Below are positions 62,166 through 64,000 of a stretch of DNA of 64,000 bases, one piece after another (position 1 is the first letter of the stretch; each line of letters begins with the position of its first letter). Origin of the DNA: Azolla caroliniana (lineage: Eukaryota > Plantae > Polypodiophyta); the NCBI GenBank assembly GCA_043228905.1, contig JBHGNT010000007.1, positions 22,630,001 through 22,694,000 of the forward strand, in the 5' to 3' direction. The position numbers were made by a program, and so were the translations under genes. The notes beneath the pieces were generated by a model. That model did no database searches and was not told the origin of the DNA. It saw only the letters and a program-made list of their open reading frames with translations.

Positions 62166-64000
62166 CGCCGCTTCCATCTTACCAAATTCTAGTCACTCCA
62201 ACTTGCTTTCTCTTTTTTCAATGCCTAGCAAGGGCCTCCAAACAAATGGCAAAAACTCGGCATTGTCTTAATAAACACTCGAGAGATACTTCAATGTTTC
62301 TTCCTTTTGCTTTGTTTTATTTCCTCCTACTTTTGTACTTGTCTCCTTTCTCTCAACCATACAAGATGGCCAGTATTATTGCCCAATAGTCCTAGCAAAA
62401 ACCCACATATTCCCTCATTACTAATAGGCACAATGCATAAAAACAGAATACACTGAGACTATAGATGCTATGCCCAAACAAGTGTCTATCTTCCATATGG
62501 AACATCCGGTTTTGTGTAAAGAAATACACAAATGATGTGAAATTGTGATTTCGACCCCTCTTTCATCTTAAATCTACATAAAAAGCATCCACGTCACCCA
62601 TACACATAAAAGAAGGGGAGGAACAAGTGACCTCGCAAATGTCTTCTTTCTAGCACTCATTTGAAACTCTTAGGGACTTGCAAAGCTTTTAGATTAGATT
62701 GGATATCGTAAAAAGGTCACATATTCTGCATGTATAATGGTATTTTATCTATCCCTCAGTGTCCCATACCTGTTTTCAGTGCTGTGAACAATAATAATTG
62801 GAAATGTCGATTCTCAATTTGAGACTAGTATGGAATGTAGAAAGCAAGCCAGAGAACTCTAAATGCCCAAGGGAAATGTATATACCCTAGTCACATTTCC
62901 ACCTATAGTCCAAGAAAATGGTTTCTTTACAAAATGGTGATGCTCACAGTTCGTCTACCATCGTCCAATGATGTCTTTGTCGCCTTTGTTTTGCACATGA
63001 TGATTCTTCCTTCATACTAACGATATTTAATCTAAACCAATGTCCTACAATATGACCTCATCTCCATCCGCATCACTCTTATGCACATGCATGCATTATG
63101 AACACATTACACTCCATGTTAATACATTGATTCAAAAATCTAAAACCGATGCAGCATTTTGAGGCCCACTGCAAAGAAGAGTACTAAGAGTTTTATTGGT
63201 TGAATCTACAACCGAAGTGTCGATAGGTGCTTGATTCAATTTTTCGAGGGATATTATCTTCCTCCGTGAAAATTTTAATGCATACACAGCAGACTCGGGT
63301 ACAATGGGTACCTACATACCACAAATAATGAAACAAATTATACACTTCATGATTGTTCAGTAAAAAAATACTAGCGTTACGTATGTAACCTGTGTGTTGA
63401 TTGAAGGGAGTTTTAAGATCCGCAGAAATCCAATTGTATCGTTGTAATCCGTGATTAACGACATCATGCTTTTGTCATCATCTGTTCCACAATTAAACCC
63501 TTTCGTAAGCAATAAACATAAACAAAAAAACTTCGCATTCAACTCTCTCCCATATAAAAGAATTCTAATATGGACACAGTTATATGAGGACTAACAGTTT
63601 TGATTTCTATGAATATTTGTAGAAACCATAAAACCATGACCAAGATGATGATAATCAACGGACAAGATTTCTCCAAGCACTGAAGCCAGGGCTCAGAGTT
63701 TAGCGTTCAGATCTATATCAACATGAACCCTAACTATGCTAGATTTCTCCAAGCACTGAAGCTTAGCTTCAGGGTTTCTACAAATGTTCAAGATCAATGA
63801 CACTAAGCAACTTTTGATATGTTTTTATGATGAGATAGGTAAAAATAACATTAGATCTGATCCACCACCTGGCACAGCCTCCACAGATAATAAGATATCC
63901 GCCATGTGTTGCCACCGAACAGAGAAGTTTGAAGACAATAATGAAGCAGGAAAGGTGATCATGGCTACAGTATTCGAAGCTCGAACTAGCCCCTTCAAAG

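Noticed and set aside
55866-62700. A matching pair of Mutator TIRs with 9-bp TSD bounding the whole inverted MULE structure
   Set aside because: I could not find a right-hand partner for the sequence at 55881, so element boundaries are left uncalled.

Overview
Land-plant nuclear DNA, probably from a fern or another non-seed vascular plant (inferred from the TE clades and PPR type). Positions 1-21.3 kb are a nested retroelement cluster. It holds a young Tork/Tnt1-like Ty1/copia inserted into a Tf1/Tcn1-like Ty3/gypsy that appears to self-prime, solo LTRs with target-site duplications (TSDs), an RT-less copia derivative, a fold-back MITE, and a decayed LINE split by a second copia. Three host genes follow: a 10-exon polypyrimidine tract-binding protein gene (PTB1/2-like, 21924-27315 +), an intronless PLS-class E+ PPR gene (36476-38227 -) and an At1g04390-like ARM/BTB-POZ gene (45095-55617 -). 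A rearranged three-piece partial copy of the BTB locus lies at 34230-35997. An apparently intact autonomous hAT transposon (perfect 21-bp TIRs, 8-bp TSD, spliced 675-aa transposase) sits at 40377-44734. The most striking structure is at 57.2-60.4 kb: two truncated, related Mutator-like transposase genes are fused tail-to-tail into a ~1.07-kb-arm inverted repeat between convergent promoter-like regions, an architecture resembling the maize Mu killer hairpin-silencing locus. All calls come from reading the sequence by eye; no searches were run.
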